Assembly (NCBI GenBank): GCA_964016885.1
Contig: OZ024743.1
Coordinates: 22,258,001 to 22,322,000 of the forward strand
Reading direction: 5' to 3'
Length of the DNA: 64,000 bases
DNA from: Eledone cirrhosa
Lineage: Eukaryota
Part shown: positions 38,791 through 55,709 of the stretch, in pieces
Position numbering within the stretch: position 1 is the first letter of the stretch
Layout: each line of letters begins with the position of its first letter
Made by a program: the position numbers and the translations under genes
The notes under the pieces: model-generated
Database searches by the model: none
Told to the model about the DNA's origin: nothing
Seen by the model: the letters and a program-made list of their open reading frames with translations, nothing else

Positions 38791-39728
38791 TGGCGTAGCA
38801 CAGAACAAAGGAGAGGCACAAAAACTAAGAAAAGAATCCCCAGTCACTGAAGAGGTCACAGAATGTGTGACGAAAGAACTTTGACAATATATAAACAATC
38901 ATCTGGTTGTGGAACCAACCAACCAACCGGAAATTTATAAATTCCTAAATTTATAAATTTAATTTATAATAAATTGAAGTGAAAGCAACTAGTGCGTGTG
39001 TTTCTTATTGGCAACATGACCCTCCCAAAGTATAACAATATATATATATATACATATGCTTGTGTGTCTGTGTCTACATATGTATATTTGCCTGCATGAA
39101 TGAATACACTAAGCTTTAGATTTGTAGAATGTACAACTACTGATTCCAGCTATTTGCACTATCGTATATTTTGGTTTCTAGTAATTCCCTGGGGAATTGG
39201 TTGACCAAATGCTTTGCTTAATTGTTTTATTTATTTAAAAAAAAAATTTATTCTTTCCCTCAGATTTCAGGTATTTTTTAAAGCAAAGCATTGGCCCCTA
39301 AAATACTACAGTGGGCCCTGCAATGCTACTGTGGGCTCTTGTAACGCTACCGTGGGACCCCTGGAGCTCACTTGCCATTGGGCAACCTGGCCAGTCCGCC
39401 ACAGTATATATGCATACTGCATGCACATAAGCACACACATAAAATAATAAGGAGTTTTTAAAGGTTTTACATGAATAAATGCATGAATAAATAAATCAAT
39501 TAATAATTAATAATTTAACCCATGCTAGCGTGGAAAGTGGACGTTAAACGAGGATGATGATGATGATGATGATGAATATGTAAAGTAAAATAGAATTTAG
39601 AGAGTAAATAAACGAGAAGGTGGCGAGATGAGTGGATAAAATATGCAGACATACCTGTGTGCACATACACACTCTATCGTATATGCATACACACAGGCGC
39701 ATGCATATCCACACTTTTGGCATATGAA

Positions 39729-39831
<103 letters not shown>

Positions 39832-39897
39832 GGTGCCCCAGCATGGCCTCAGCCTCCCAGCCTGGAACACTGCGATAGAGTAATATATAAATATATA

Positions 39898-39938
39898 CAG
39901 GGTCCCCAAAAATGTATACATTTTTTGGGGACACCCTA
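39898..39938. mobile_element. TIR-only Tc1/mariner relic (41-bp hairpin)
   Basis: TA-CAGGGTCCCCAAAAATGTA|TACATTTTTTGGGGACACCCTA-TA. Confidence 0.5.
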
Positions 39939-40442
39939 TATATATATATAATGATAATATTAATAATTTCTTTATTGGCCAGTAGGTCCTACATGTAGGG
40001 GACAATACAAAAAGATAGGGATAGAGGGGGTTACAATAAAGTCGAGTAAAAACAAATTAACACTAAAAATCACAACAAGAAAATTCCCCAGGGTGAGAGG
40101 GGCGGGGCAGAACGACCCAGAGGTGACTCAGTTAACCCACCAATCCTGAACCACCCGAATAATAACAAGTGCTTAGATCGATATCCAGAAAAATATATAT
40201 ATAGTCGATCGACTTTCGTCAAATCGGACCGAGGAAACAATGTTTCCGTTGGTCTTTCCAATTGCTAATACTATCTATCAGTCGCAATTCCAGGTAGAAG
40301 GAACAACGTGAAATAAAGTGTCTTGCTCAACACCTGGTCCGGGAATCGAACTCACAATCTCACGATTGCGAATCCAATTCCCAAACACACACACACATAT
40401 ATATACACACACACATATGTGTGTGTGTGTGCATATGTTTGT

Positions 40443-40482
<40 letters not shown>

Positions 40483-40520
40483 TCATATCTTTGTAGTATG
40501 TATATACATATATATGTGTG

Positions 40521-40576
<56 letters not shown>

Positions 40577-40957
40577 TGTGTTTGTATATATACATATATT
40601 ATGTATATGTGTGTGTGTAAAAACATCGGTTTCTTTGACTTGTTTTGCCGACATGCCTATTAAGTCTATAAACGTCACGTGCCCGTTGGCAGCTAATCAC
40701 ATCCTTGCAATTTAGCTGGTTCAACAGTGATATAAGCGCACCAGTTGAAAGCAACTACTGTTCGAAATGGAATATTCGAATATCAAAGTGTCTGACTGTA
40801 GAATTTTAACCCCTAACCGAGTCTCCTTTGCTCTTTTGTTTTCTATAATATTGTATTTTTTCAAATTTGCACACTTGTGTAACCATGATCACTTCATAAT
40901 CTGTTAATACATACACATATACTTACACACTACCCATATATACTTACATACACATTC

Positions 40958-40993
<36 letters not shown>

Positions 40994-42506
40994 CTATTTA
41001 TATATATCTATTTATATATATATTATATATATATATATATATGTGTGTGTTATAAATATAGTGTTTATATATGTATAGTGTACACACACATGCATGATTG
41101 CGTGTGTATATATCTATATCATCGAAATTCAGTCAAGTTACGTGATCGTATGCAAGGCATTGCAAATAGAAGTTTAATGATGTACACATTTTTCGTTGGA
41201 GAAAACATATTTTTTCCTTTTCATCTGGATAAAAGCTACACAACTTTTACCTAAAAACTAACTGAATTGCTATCAAGGAAATGTATAAATGAGAGCAATA
41301 ACATTTAAAGTTTCTCATACATACTTCAGCTAACTAATTGTTTGTATGAACTATCTTTTACGTATTTATATATAGAGAGAGATAAATACACACGTACACA
41401 ATTTCTCTTGCCTTTTCTCCCTCTCTCTCTCTTTTTCTCTGTCTGTCTACATGTATATTTACTCTGTGTATATGAAATATTTTAGAATGTCTTATGAGTT
41501 AAACAAATTCCAAATTTCCTGTTTACTGAATGGAAGGAAATTTAACACAATGGCAAACGAAAATATTTACTATTTTAAGTTCAACATCAAAGCTGCCGGT
41601 ATCAATGTGTTTTTAAAATGCTTTTCAAAATCTGTTTTGTAATTATAATAGTAGCTATTATGTAATTTATTTACTATTTAAAATAACATCTTAAAACTAG
41701 ACAACAAACACGTTCTTACAACTTTTTTGTGTTGTCGACAGTAGTGACCGTGTTTAAAACGTTATGTGTATTTCAACAACTTGTGTATTTAATTAAATTG
41801 TTAATACTGACTTCTAAATTCGTTGAATTATGTAGACGTTTTCTTAAACTACAACCTACACATTTTATATTAGCTACGTGTATTGTACACATGTAGTCAT
41901 GGCATATCGATAAATACACATATTTTGAAATATTCTCCATACTTTCTTCACTATACTTACACATAAGACAATTTCTAAAAAAATCAACAAAAAAAAAACA
42001 GGCTGGTTAAAATACTTCGCGTAAGTTTTTATCACTATTTAAACCTTCTCATTAAATGTTCTTAATTTACTTATAAAAGCTGCAAGTTATCAAAGTTTTT
42101 TCATCGTGACATTTTTAGTTACCATTTCAAAGTTGTAAGTGCGCACCTGATAAAACAAATTCTTCCAAAAATTCCAACCAGACTTTCGTTCATAATTTTG
42201 GTTTTACGAAGTAAATGGAAACACATCCTGAAGCAACCATACTCTCCCTGTCTTTTCTTGGCGGTTTTAGCCTCACCTCTTCCGTAAAAATGTATTGATT
42301 TCCTCATGTATCGTTAGTTATTTACATTTTTCTCTTAGTGTTTTAAACTATTTCTAATCCACACGTACTCCCACCTTTCTCTCTCACTTTTTCTCCGACT
42401 GTTTTTCTTTTTTTCTTTCTCTCTGGTTGCTTTCTTTCCCAACTATTTCTATATCGCTTCAGACCCTTCCCGGTTTTACTGTCATTATACGAAGTTCTCT
42501 CACTCA

Positions 42507-42560
<54 letters not shown>

Positions 42561-43716
42561 CTCTCGCACACATACACACATAAACACGCACTCGTTCTTT
42601 CTAGATGTGAACTGTACTATTGCCATTTACACTCTACAGTCGACATAGTTTAAATATTACAGCTATGAACTGATCACTATTTCCAACACAAAATGTTTGT
42701 CACTCATTCCGTTAGTTCCGAAATATTCTTGTTTAAGAATCCTACAACACCACAGGTCTAGCTCAATAATATTTATTTATTTTATTTTTTAGAGTCCACC
42801 TATCAATTTACTCGTAACGTCAAATGTTGTCCTTGTTATTATTACTATTATCAGTAAGCTCCTCCAATCTTATCTATTCGTTCACTTCTATTGACGATGG
42901 ATTGTATACAGGTTTGCACGTGGCTTAATAACAACACCAACAACTCAAAAATAAAAGGAGAAAGTGCTCGGTGATTCTAGTATAAAGTTAATTTATTTCG
43001 TTCATCATCATCGACATTCTTCATGATTACTATTATGACTATTATATTTAATTATAATGTAGTATAGTTGTTCTTCTGTCGCTCATTTTTCTTACGTACG
43101 TTTTTATAACTTTATTATTATTTTTTTTCATTTTTGTTACTTTTTTAAGATAGGAAATGATAGTTCCATGTTCTCTGTATTTATGCGTTATCCATTCTTA
43201 GTAAACATAAATTCCATCTTATAAATAAATCCATCATTATTCCAGTTATGAAGGTCGTTAGATCCAAGCAATAACAGTTGTCGTTTCCACTATAAACTCA
43301 GTTATCAATGTTATTACATTCTACATATTATCACACCTACTGTTTACACTGTTCCACTTGTATTTCTCTCTACCTTTCTTTTTTTTTTTGCTGATTCGCT
43401 CCTAATTTTCTTCTGAAAGTATCAACATTAATTATTATTATTTCAAACCTCCACTTATTTCACCCCCCCCCCCCACATCCAACCTCCCTGCTTTTTATAC
43501 TGACCAAATTTAAAATTGACCAAATAATTTTTTTAAAAGTGCCAAAAACAAAAACAACAAACAAAAATGCTGCAAAAACAATAACAAATCTTACTGACCA
43601 AAGAAACAAAACTGCTACCGATTCAACTTCACCTAATTGTACCGCCGGAATTCCAGGCTGCTACTATATAAAACACTCGACTTTAGAACAGTGTACAAGG
43701 CTTCCATTGCATCGGT

Positions 43717-44499
43717 ATGTCAAACCTTCACTACCCCTATCGTTTCTCTGGACTTCAGTTGGTTGACTCTATACCAAACGAAGATGAGAAACTACTTCAC
43801 CAAAACGATGACGGTACGTCTGAAAAAGAGGAATATGAACGTATAGAAAAATGGCTCGATTCGCACCCACATTTTTGCCACAATTATTTTATACGGAAAG
43901 CTCAAAGACACACGGTTGATGAATGGCTTTATCAACAATCGGAGAGTTCTTGGAATGCTGGTCAGTCCGAAAACCCTTCAGGTTCCAGATCTAACTCAGG
44001 AGCTAACACACCGGTAAGAAAAATTTCTACGCAGGAATTGGATCGAGGTAATTTATTAAATCCCATGGTTTCTACAGTTGACGGAACTCCTACTTTTCTA
44101 GCTCCTCTCTGTAATACGAATCAATCTGTTTCTCAACCACAAAATAAACCAAAACTTCGGAGACGTTCTAGAAGTGAACTTCAGGCGTTAGACGAAAAAG
44201 AACTCATGTATGAATTAGTCAAAGACACATCTGAAGAACTCGATGTAACTTGTCTCTGTTTTAAGATTCTTCAGAACGTTTGTATTCTACTTAACGCGGA
44301 CTGTTGTTCTCTTTTCCTTGTTCAATATAACTATGCAGGTGAGAAAATGTTAGTTTCTAAACTCTTCGACGTCAGTTCAATCAGTAGCTATGAAGCTTGT
44401 CTAAACAACATGGAAGAGATTCACATAGAATGGGGAACAGGGATTATAGGATACGTTGCCAAGACCGGGGAACCTCTTAATATTCCGGATGCTTATCAG
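43717..44499 (+). CDS. First coding exon of a GAF-domain cyclic nucleotide phosphodiesterase (PDE5/PDE11-type)
   Basis: Non-repetitive 261-codon frame with EKWLDSHP.FCHNYFIRKA, SGANTPVRKIS and the GAF-A N-half (LNADCCSLFLV, LVSKLFDV, WGTGIIGYVAKTGEPLNIPDAYQ). Phase-0 donor CAG|GTATGT at 44499/44500. Orthology (PDE5 vs PDE11) cannot be resolved from this exon. Confidence 0.93.
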
Positions 44500-44779
44500 G
44501 TATGTTGTAATTTGTTTTTGTTATTTTGACGTTATTCTTTTTTCAAAATATGTTATGCTATTCAATACAAGTTTACAGATCCACATTAATAGTTTATGAT
44601 AACTGCTGTTATTTTACTAAAACTATATGTAACAGACGACAGTGATTTTGTAAAACTACACAAGAGACTAGTATTTAAAATATCATCCAGACGATCACTA
44701 AATATCAGACATCGGATGAGAAAGTTCACAACAAATCAAGTGAAGAAGTTCAACAGATACATGTTTATTGAGTGACACA

Positions 44780-44823
<44 letters not shown>

Positions 44824-45597
44824 TTGTATGTATAGTTATAATTCTATATGTATAATTATAATCGTATGTATTTGTATGTGTGTATGTATGCTTATAATTG
44901 TATGTATAATTATAATTGTATGTATAATTATAATTGTATGTATATGTATGATTATAATTGTATGTATATGTATATAAATATCTATATGTATGCATATATA
45001 TGTATATATACATATGTATATGTTTGTATATATGTATGTGTATATATATATGTATGTATACATAATATATATCGTATATGTGATTTGAATACATATCTCT
45101 ATATAAATTAATGTGACTTGTACAGGACTAGAACTGTTTCATTCGTATGAAATCATCAACAAAGTCATATTTATGTTGTTAGTGTTGGTGATCTACATGA
45201 TAAACACATCATGTACACTGTATAAAGATGGCGATAGGAAGAGCATCAAGACACAGCAAACCTACCAAACAAAGGGCTAGGTAGACTACTAAGTTACATG
45301 ATTGATAGTGTACGCTTCATGATAAAATACACTTAGAGTATGGCAAAATATGTTGGGGCCCTGGCCTATCTTGAAGTCAAAAGCTCTTCTTGATTACTCA
45401 CAGGTCTATAATATGTTGAATGTTTGTTTGCAGGGAAAACAGATTTTAAATGAGGATGATATATGCATGAATAAATCCCATTAAGTGTTAGGGACCTCAG
45501 ACACAACCATAACTCTTTTAGCCATTTGTTCTGTCATAGCTGAATCCCTTAGCCATCAGTTCTACACAGGCAGTGAATGTTTATGCATGGAGTATAT

Positions 45598-47150
45598 CAC
45601 CATCATTATTTTTCTATGTCCACTTTTCCATACTTGCATGGGTTAAATGTGTTTTATACAGCATCCTTTCATTCATTCTATTGCTTTATCATCTCCTGTG
45701 AGCTTCAGTGGTTTGAGATCAACTCTTACCACCTCTGTCCAGTTCTTCCTTGGCCTTCATCTGCTACAAGCTGACTTCCTCTGGGATTTCCTTACACAAC
45801 ACATGCTCATGGAACTGCAGTCTTCTCTTTTGCACACTAAATTTAATTTCTCTTAAACCCAGTTTTTCTCAAGCCTGTTCGTCATTCACGAACATTAATA
45901 TTGTACATCCATCGAAGTATACTTGCTTTATTTTTCTCCAACCTTTGCATATACTCTTTAGCCACTATCATGCGACATTGCATGCAAGCATCATACAGAT
46001 GGCCTGTCATTCATAGAGAGAAACCTTTTGTTAAACAAAGATAATAGGTCCCTGAACTTTTTCCATCATGTACTTATTCTAGCTATTCTGCTCTCAGAGC
46101 AACCTCTGCCAGTGCTAAATAGGTCTCCTAGGTTGTAGAAGCTACCCACAACTTTGATAAAGCCTCCCTGGGATTGTAAAAAGTTCATTTCACTGATATT
46201 CTTACTTCCAACTATCCCTGTACATCTGCTACATACGAAGTCTACCTTTTAGTCTTCTTGCTATCACACTGCTCCCAAGATTTACATTGTGCACATTGTA
46301 TTGAGTTTCTACCTACTCCTTTTCATCATATCAAGTAAGGCCACTTCACTGATGGGATCAGATTCCTGTTTTTTATCTTAATTACTAAAACTTTGGTTTT
46401 TGCCAAGTTCACTCTAAGCCAATTTGATTCTAAGTTCTGTATCCACAGCTGGAATTTGTTCTCAAGCTCATCCCCAGATTCAGTTATAAAGAGCAGGTTG
46501 TCAGTATACTTGAGTTTTCGTGGGCAGCCAATCATAAATTCCTGTTATGGCCTGGAGAATTATAATAAACAGGAGTGGGCCCTCATGAACACCTACTTGT
46601 GCATTGAATTCCTCACTAAACTCGTTGCCTACTCTCACCTCACTGACAGTTCCTCTCTATATGGCTTGCACTGCTCTCACAAGCCATTCCTCTACACATA
46701 GTTTCCATAAGTGCAACAGAATGATAGAACATGGCTCTTTGTCAAAGGCCTTCTCCAGATCAATGAATCTATATATTGTGGCTTACGTGTAGCTAGGAAA
46801 TTCTTATAGTTTTCTCACTTAGGAGAGGGTACCAGTGGAGTTCCTCTCTGTAACACAACCAAACTACATCTCATCTAATGTAACTATTTCCTTAAATGTG
46901 CTAAAACTCTTTCTGTCACTTTTATATCTTGCTCCTATCTAGTGCATCAACCTTTTCCATTGAAATGATGATAAGTATATTACTTATGTGAATGACTAAT
47001 TCAATTCCTACTTCCCCAGGCAATTTCAACATCTTAACGAAATGGTTTTTCCATTTGTTCACTTCCTTGATTACTTTCTTAACTCTATTACTGTCATTTT
47101 TTTTTTGAGCTCGTTGGATCAGATGGAGGTAATCTCTCTTTTTCCCACTC
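45598..47150 (-). mobile_element. Old RTE-clade LINE fragment in the intron (related scraps at 56040-56160 and 58510-58690)
   Basis: DLEKAFDK-like block at about 46740-46762, YTDNLLFI (YADD relic) and LESNWLRVNLAKTKVL. GAT-type tail near 45598. Confidence 0.65.
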
Positions 47151-48339
47151 CTCAGTCATTCATAATAGAATTTCCAGGCCTAATTCTTTCCCCAACAACA
47201 TACTGATTCATACTCACACACTACTTTAACCCTTTATCATTTAAATCAGCCATATCCAGCCAGAATTCTCTCGCATCTTTCTGTTCAAATAAGCTGTAGC
47301 TGGCCACTCATACTGATGTTAAGATATTGATCTCAAAATAAATATCAAAATCTCATAGATTCGATATTATGTGAGATAATTATGTGAGGCAGAGCCTTTA
47401 CTACACAAATATGATAGTAAATATTGAATAATGTAAATACTAAAGGGTTAATATGTGGAACACCTCACATCTCTGATCCTCATGTCGCAAGAAATTGGCA
47501 AATCTCCTGCTTTCAGCTTCTGTACATTCTATGTAAATCTGCCATCTAGCTTCTCTTATAGCCACCTAATATTGATCATCTCTGTCTCCATTTTTCAAGT
47601 CTTTTCACTTCTAACCCTTGACATTAATGGTTCTAGCCACAGTGCTGCTCCACCACCAGGATACCTTTTATCTGGCTGGTGATTTACTCCAGCCACAAGT
47701 CTCATGAGTAGCCTGCACAAGGTTGTAATAGGAACTTCCAATTGTCCTTTATGCCATAAGGCTTTTACTGATCTTCGTCTAACAAACAGCTGCTCCTGCT
47801 TCTATACGCTTCTGCAGATTTTCCTGTTTATTCGTCTGATATATATGCTGTGTGGTGCATTCTTCTCTGATGAAGGAATTCATATTCATAACCATCTATC
47901 CCTTTTTCTGACAAGTAATAACTTAATATGGTTTGTTTGTTTGCCTGATAGTTAGGTGATGAAGGGACTGGCTAGTTTCCTGAAGTTAGTGTTGCAAATA
48001 GTTAATTCAGAGAATATGTGAGGGCTGGAGAACGAAGTGAGTAGGATCCAATGTGATGCTAGTATGTTACTTTTTCCAAGGGAATCGGCTGTAGATTTCT
48101 CTTTTTAAGTCTTCTGCATATCAACTCTACTTTAAAACACTTTTTCAAATGTCAAGCGTCAAGCACTTCATGACATTTACATTTTCGTTTGTTGTTTGTT
48201 TACTAATGGTAGATTTACTGTGTAATGTAAATTTTCATTGAATCCCCGCACATAAATGTTATGTTATTTCTCCGTCAAATGTTTCGATCGTGTGTTATAG
48301 ATCACTACAGTTGTTAGTTCTCTCTGTTCTCTATATATG

Positions 48340-48485
48340 ATTTCTAGTATAGGCACAAGGCCAAAAATTTGGGGGCAGGGGAAAGTCGATTAAATCGACC
48401 CCGGTACGTTACTGGTTCTTTATTTTATCGACCCCGTAAGGATGAAAGGCAAAGTTAACCTCGGCGGGATTTGAACTCAGACCGT
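48340..48485 (-). mobile_element. Nin-SINE (long variant, partial)
   Basis: SINE blocks, including GGGAAAGTCGATTAAATCGACCCC. Confidence 0.8.
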
Positions 48486-48799
48486 AACTCACACACCACA
48501 CCTCTTGTTTCAGGGGGGTGCCAGGGGGCAAGTCTTTATCAAACGTCAGCTTTATTTTTTGTTTATTTGATATAATAAATTCTTTTCAAGCTTATTTTTT
48601 TTATATCCAAATTTATTTGAATATATAAAATTTAATTAGCGCAAAATTTTACTTGTGATAAGGTCCAGGAAAGGCACCATAATCAATACTAACATACTCC
48701 TTTAAGAAACAACAAATGTTAGTTTGTCCCCTTTACGTTTTTAAGGCAAACGAGGCACGCGTGTGTGTGGGTGTGAATATATATATATTGATTGATTCA

Positions 48800-48905
48800 T
48801 TTATTAAGTGGTGAGCGGTGTTCCTCTGGAGTTTCACCTGCACACTTACAGGATCATCTGACAAGACAAAACTCCAGAGTAACAAGACTCAACACTTAAC
48901 CATAA
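48800..48905 (-). ncRNA. Degenerate HHR in a collapsed fold-back (same family as 9148-9226)
   Basis: Minus 48819-48863 reads TGT-CAGATGA-TCCTGT AAGTGT GCAGGT-GAAA-CTCCAGAG-GA-ACA. The plus arm AAACTCCAGAGTAACA lies at 48868-48884. Confidence 0.55.
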
Positions 48906-49156
48906 TAAATAAATAAATAAATATTGAAATTAAAACTCTACTTCGGTATTGATTACTCATTCTCACGTCTGTCAATAATACAAATATATATATGTGAGTG
49001 TGTGTGTGTCATCGTTTTACGTCCATTCTTCCACGCTAGCATATATATATATGCACGCACAGGGGCAATATCAACATTGATCTAGCACACCTCTCTAATC
49101 TCAAGCAATCCAGCCGTGACGTTACCGTCTTTTAGTTGGTTTATTTGTTTTATAGC

Positions 49157-49345
49157 ATAATTGTTTCTACTTTTGGCACAAGGCCAGCAACTACCCAGTG
49201 CATTACTGGTACTTTATTTTATCGACCCCGTAAGGATGAAAGGCAAAGTTAACCTCGGCGGTTTTTGAACTCAGAATGGCAAGGGTCGTAACACTATGCG
49301 TCAAAGCATGGCGTCCGACCCTCTACCGATACTGCCAATCCACCT
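49157..49345 (-). mobile_element. Nin-SINE, full length
   Basis: All SINE blocks are present. Confidence 0.85.
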
Positions 49346-49439
49346 AATGCATCGTTTATTGACGTAGAAAAGACGTAAAAAGTTGACTACAGCGAGATTT
49401 GAAGGAATTATGTGAACTATATTTTACTGACAGAAGTTA

Positions 49440-50270
49440 TACAATGATGGAAATATTTAAAAAAGAAATATAAAAACAAAATTCAGTAATGGAAGGGGTA
49501 AAGAAGGGAAGATCTGGCTGTATGGGAAAGTAAAAGAAAGGACTATAAATGCCATAAATGAGGAGAAAAGAGCAAGGACTATTAGGCAACGGAAGAAAGA
49601 GAGGGGAAGAGGGTGAGGATGACACCCTTCACCTAGGTCGGGAAGGTGTTTCGGCTGCGCCTATCGCACGTTGGCCAGTGACATCCGCTGCAACAGCCAC
49701 CCCACCTCGCGGGCAACTTCCTCAAACAGGCTGCTGACTTCGATTTTGCGGAGGAGCTCGGCTGTCCGAGGACGTCTGGTGCCTCGACGGCGATCGTTGC
49801 AAAAAGGAAGCAGTCGGACAAGCCCTGGTATTTGCTTATCTTCCTGTCCTCTGCATTGCGGGCCGCGGTACCGGGGTTTTGGCAGAAGCGATTAAGCTGG
49901 CGGCAGAGAGCGTGTCACAGCATGTCGCGTCCCAGATGAATAGGAAGAGCGCAAAGGCCTTGTTTCAGGGAGGTACCAGAGTCCAAGTGTCCCCCCCCCC
50001 CTCCCCCCACACACACTTTTTCAAACGTCTTTATTCTAGTTTTTGTTTATTTGATATAATAAATTGTTTTTAACCTTATTTTTTTTTTTATATCTGAACT
50101 TCATTTGAATATATAAAATTTAATTAGCGTAAAATTTTACTTATGTGATAGGGCCCGGGAAAGGCAGCATAAGCAATTATTTATGCTCCTTTAAGAATCA
50201 ACAAATGTTGGTTTGTCCCCCCTCACATTTTTAAGGCAAACGAGGTCCCTGGGAAGAGGGTACTTCCGAC
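49440..50270 (-). mobile_element. CRE-clade RLE fragment interrupted by a MITE (49952-50251; second MITE copy at 48503-48755)
   Basis: WDATCCDTLSAASL and FLFATIAVEAPDVLG match the 15.7-17.3 kb CRE. GGAAGAG[C/G]G is duplicated at both MITE ends. The MITE copies share TTTTAAGGCAAACGAGG. Confidence 0.65.
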
Positions 50271-50713
50271 CTGAATCTTGTGTACGTCCTGTTTTTTGTT
50301 TTTATTTTTAACAGGTGGAAGCTGGGATAGAATTAACTGCAATATATTGCAGATCGAGCGACAACTTTGAGTTTGGTTCACATATAGTAACTCTAGCTAG
50401 AGCTATATTATCCAATATATCTTAGATTTTAAGACTAGTGCACCAGTACCATTAATAATTGTTTCTACTTTTGGCACAAGGCCAACAATTATTCCAGTAT
50501 ATTACTGGTACTTGATTTTATCGACCCCGTTAGGATGAAAGCGTATAGCGTTGAATCATTCATATATATAGACGCGCAAGGAAGAGGAAATTTAAAACAT
50601 TTTATTAGTCTTACCCGTATATATATATATATATATGCCAATTCAACTTTTCAAATACAAGTCGATGTTGTACGGTATGTCAAATCTATTTATCTATAAA
50701 ACTGTCTATATTG

Positions 50714-50779
50714 TATTTTGTCTGAGGAAGGCATAGCATATTGTTAATATGATATCCCTGAAATATATATAATGAAATA
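50714..50779 (+). ncRNA. Minimal type I hammerhead ribozyme
   Basis: TATTTTGT-CTGAGGA-stem II AGGCATAGCATATT GTT AATATGATATCCCT-GAAA-TATATA-TA^ATGAAATA. Confidence 0.75.
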
Positions 50780-51079
50780 AATATGGTTTTATAAATATAG
50801 TTTCCATTTATTTAATATCGTAAATATACTCCAAATACTTGTCGAGTGCTTTTATATCAGTTATAAATATTTACTAGTTGTAACCCAACAATTTAAATAT
50901 AACTTTCCATGTATATATATATATATATATATAAAGCAAAAGGGATATTTAATTTGTTGGTAATTCAACAAATATAAATGTTTATAACTAATTCAAGGCA
51001 CTTGATTTTCTATCCAGGAAAAACTTGAACCGTTAAGATCTTCTTCCTGGATATGTCAATATTTATAAAACAAACTTTG

Positions 51080-51140
51080 TATTTTATCTGATGAGTGCGT
51101 ACCAAATTTTTAGTACCCTTGAAATATATATAATAGAATA
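51080..51140 (+). ncRNA. Minimal type I hammerhead ribozyme (tandem partner of 50714-50779)
   Basis: TATTTTAT-CTGATGA-stem II (GTAC/GTAC core, eroded base)-GAAA-TATATA-TA^ATAGAATA. About 40 nt downstream are shared with the first copy. Confidence 0.7.
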
Positions 51141-51186
51141 AATATGGTTTTATAAATATAGTTTACATTTATTTAATATCATTGTA

Positions 51187-51260
<74 letters not shown>

Positions 51261-51614
51261 TGTAACTTTCAAATTTGCGTGTATATATAAGTATATATAT
51301 GTATATATGCGCGAATGAAAATTCATGGGGTAGAAACATCATTTTGGTATGCTTATATACATTTTTTTTCTTCCAACTTTGATTTTATACCTAATTGTGA
51401 ATGGTTGACAATATATTTTAATCGGTTTCCACGTGATATTAGAAATGCTGGGTAAATATTCTATAGCTGTTGATCTCGGATAGATAGCTGTCGTTTATTT
51501 ATCTATTGTTTCTTCAGAGGTGCCTTTTAATTGTTTTTTTTGTGTGGTTGATTATGTTGATTGGGAGAGGAAATGATGTATATATTTTATCAAATGATTC
51601 TATGGACATACTTT

Positions 51615-54828
<3,214 letters not shown>

Positions 54829-55028
54829 NNNNNNNNNNNNNNNNNNNNNNNNNNNNNNNNNNNNNNNNNNNNNNNNNNNNNNNNNNNNNNNNNNNNNNNN
54901 NNNNNNNNNNNNNNNNNNNNNNNNNNNNNNNNNNNNNNNNNNNNNNNNNNNNNNNNNNNNNNNNNNNNNNNNNNNNNNNNNNNNNNNNNNNNNNNNNNNN
55001 NNNNNNNNNNNNNNNNNNNNNNNNNNNN
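54829..55028. other. Assembly gap (200 N)
   Basis: Run of N. Confidence 1.
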
Positions 55029-55664
55029 GACAAGATGGCAGCAGTTCGAAGCAGTTCTTGATAAAGTAAACTATCGCATTCTACAGACCTCTTCAGTTTT
55101 ACAGACTCTTACTTCCTCTTAATCTCTCTATCTCTTTCACTCAATCTCTATCTCTTAGTCTCTTATCCAAGCCAGTGAAGTTCATGAAGTTTTCTTGGTA
55201 AATACGACTTGAATTCTACTTTTAACAAACAAATAACGTCCATAATGCCCCTGTACTTTTAGTATAGCTCCGGCGTGAGCTATTTTCAATAAATTAATAA
55301 TATAGTGGTTTAGTGTCATCGTGGTTCATTTATATATATTCATTTTCTGCGTGATCAAGGAACTATCACATCATCATCATCTTATTGAACACTTACCTAC
55401 TTGCCTGCACACATGCAACCTCTAGTCACACTGCATCGCACAACAGTGACCACACCACACAACCATCAAAACACCATCGCTATCATCATCATCATCATCA
55501 TATATATATATATATAGAATAGAAAACGAAAAAAAATCAGTGATGCATCTGAACTCTTGTGTGTTACAATTGTTTCCCCGCCGGACAGCTCGAGACACGA
55601 TCATTGTGTGGATCTGTCTGATTCTGGACCCGCATACCGCCTATGGAAGCATCTTAGCTACCAT

Positions 55665-55709
<45 letters not shown>

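Noticed and set aside
39960-40265. Possible 3' end of another L1/Tx1 element on the minus strand
   Set aside because: The layout resembles 2485-2600, but no protein motif could be read.
44500-44529. C-terminal VCCNLFLLF of ORF 43717-44529
   Set aside because: This is read-through into the intron past the GT donor at 44500. The GAF domain is incomplete and its next exon was not found in the window.
47860-47995. CTGATGAAGGAATTC and TGATGAAGGGAC HHR-like relics after a possible decayed GIY-YIG end
   Set aside because: The GAAA box and stem III are not recognisable. The similarly eroded candidates at 14581-14637, 40625-40730, 45115-45170 and 60961-61022 were also rejected.
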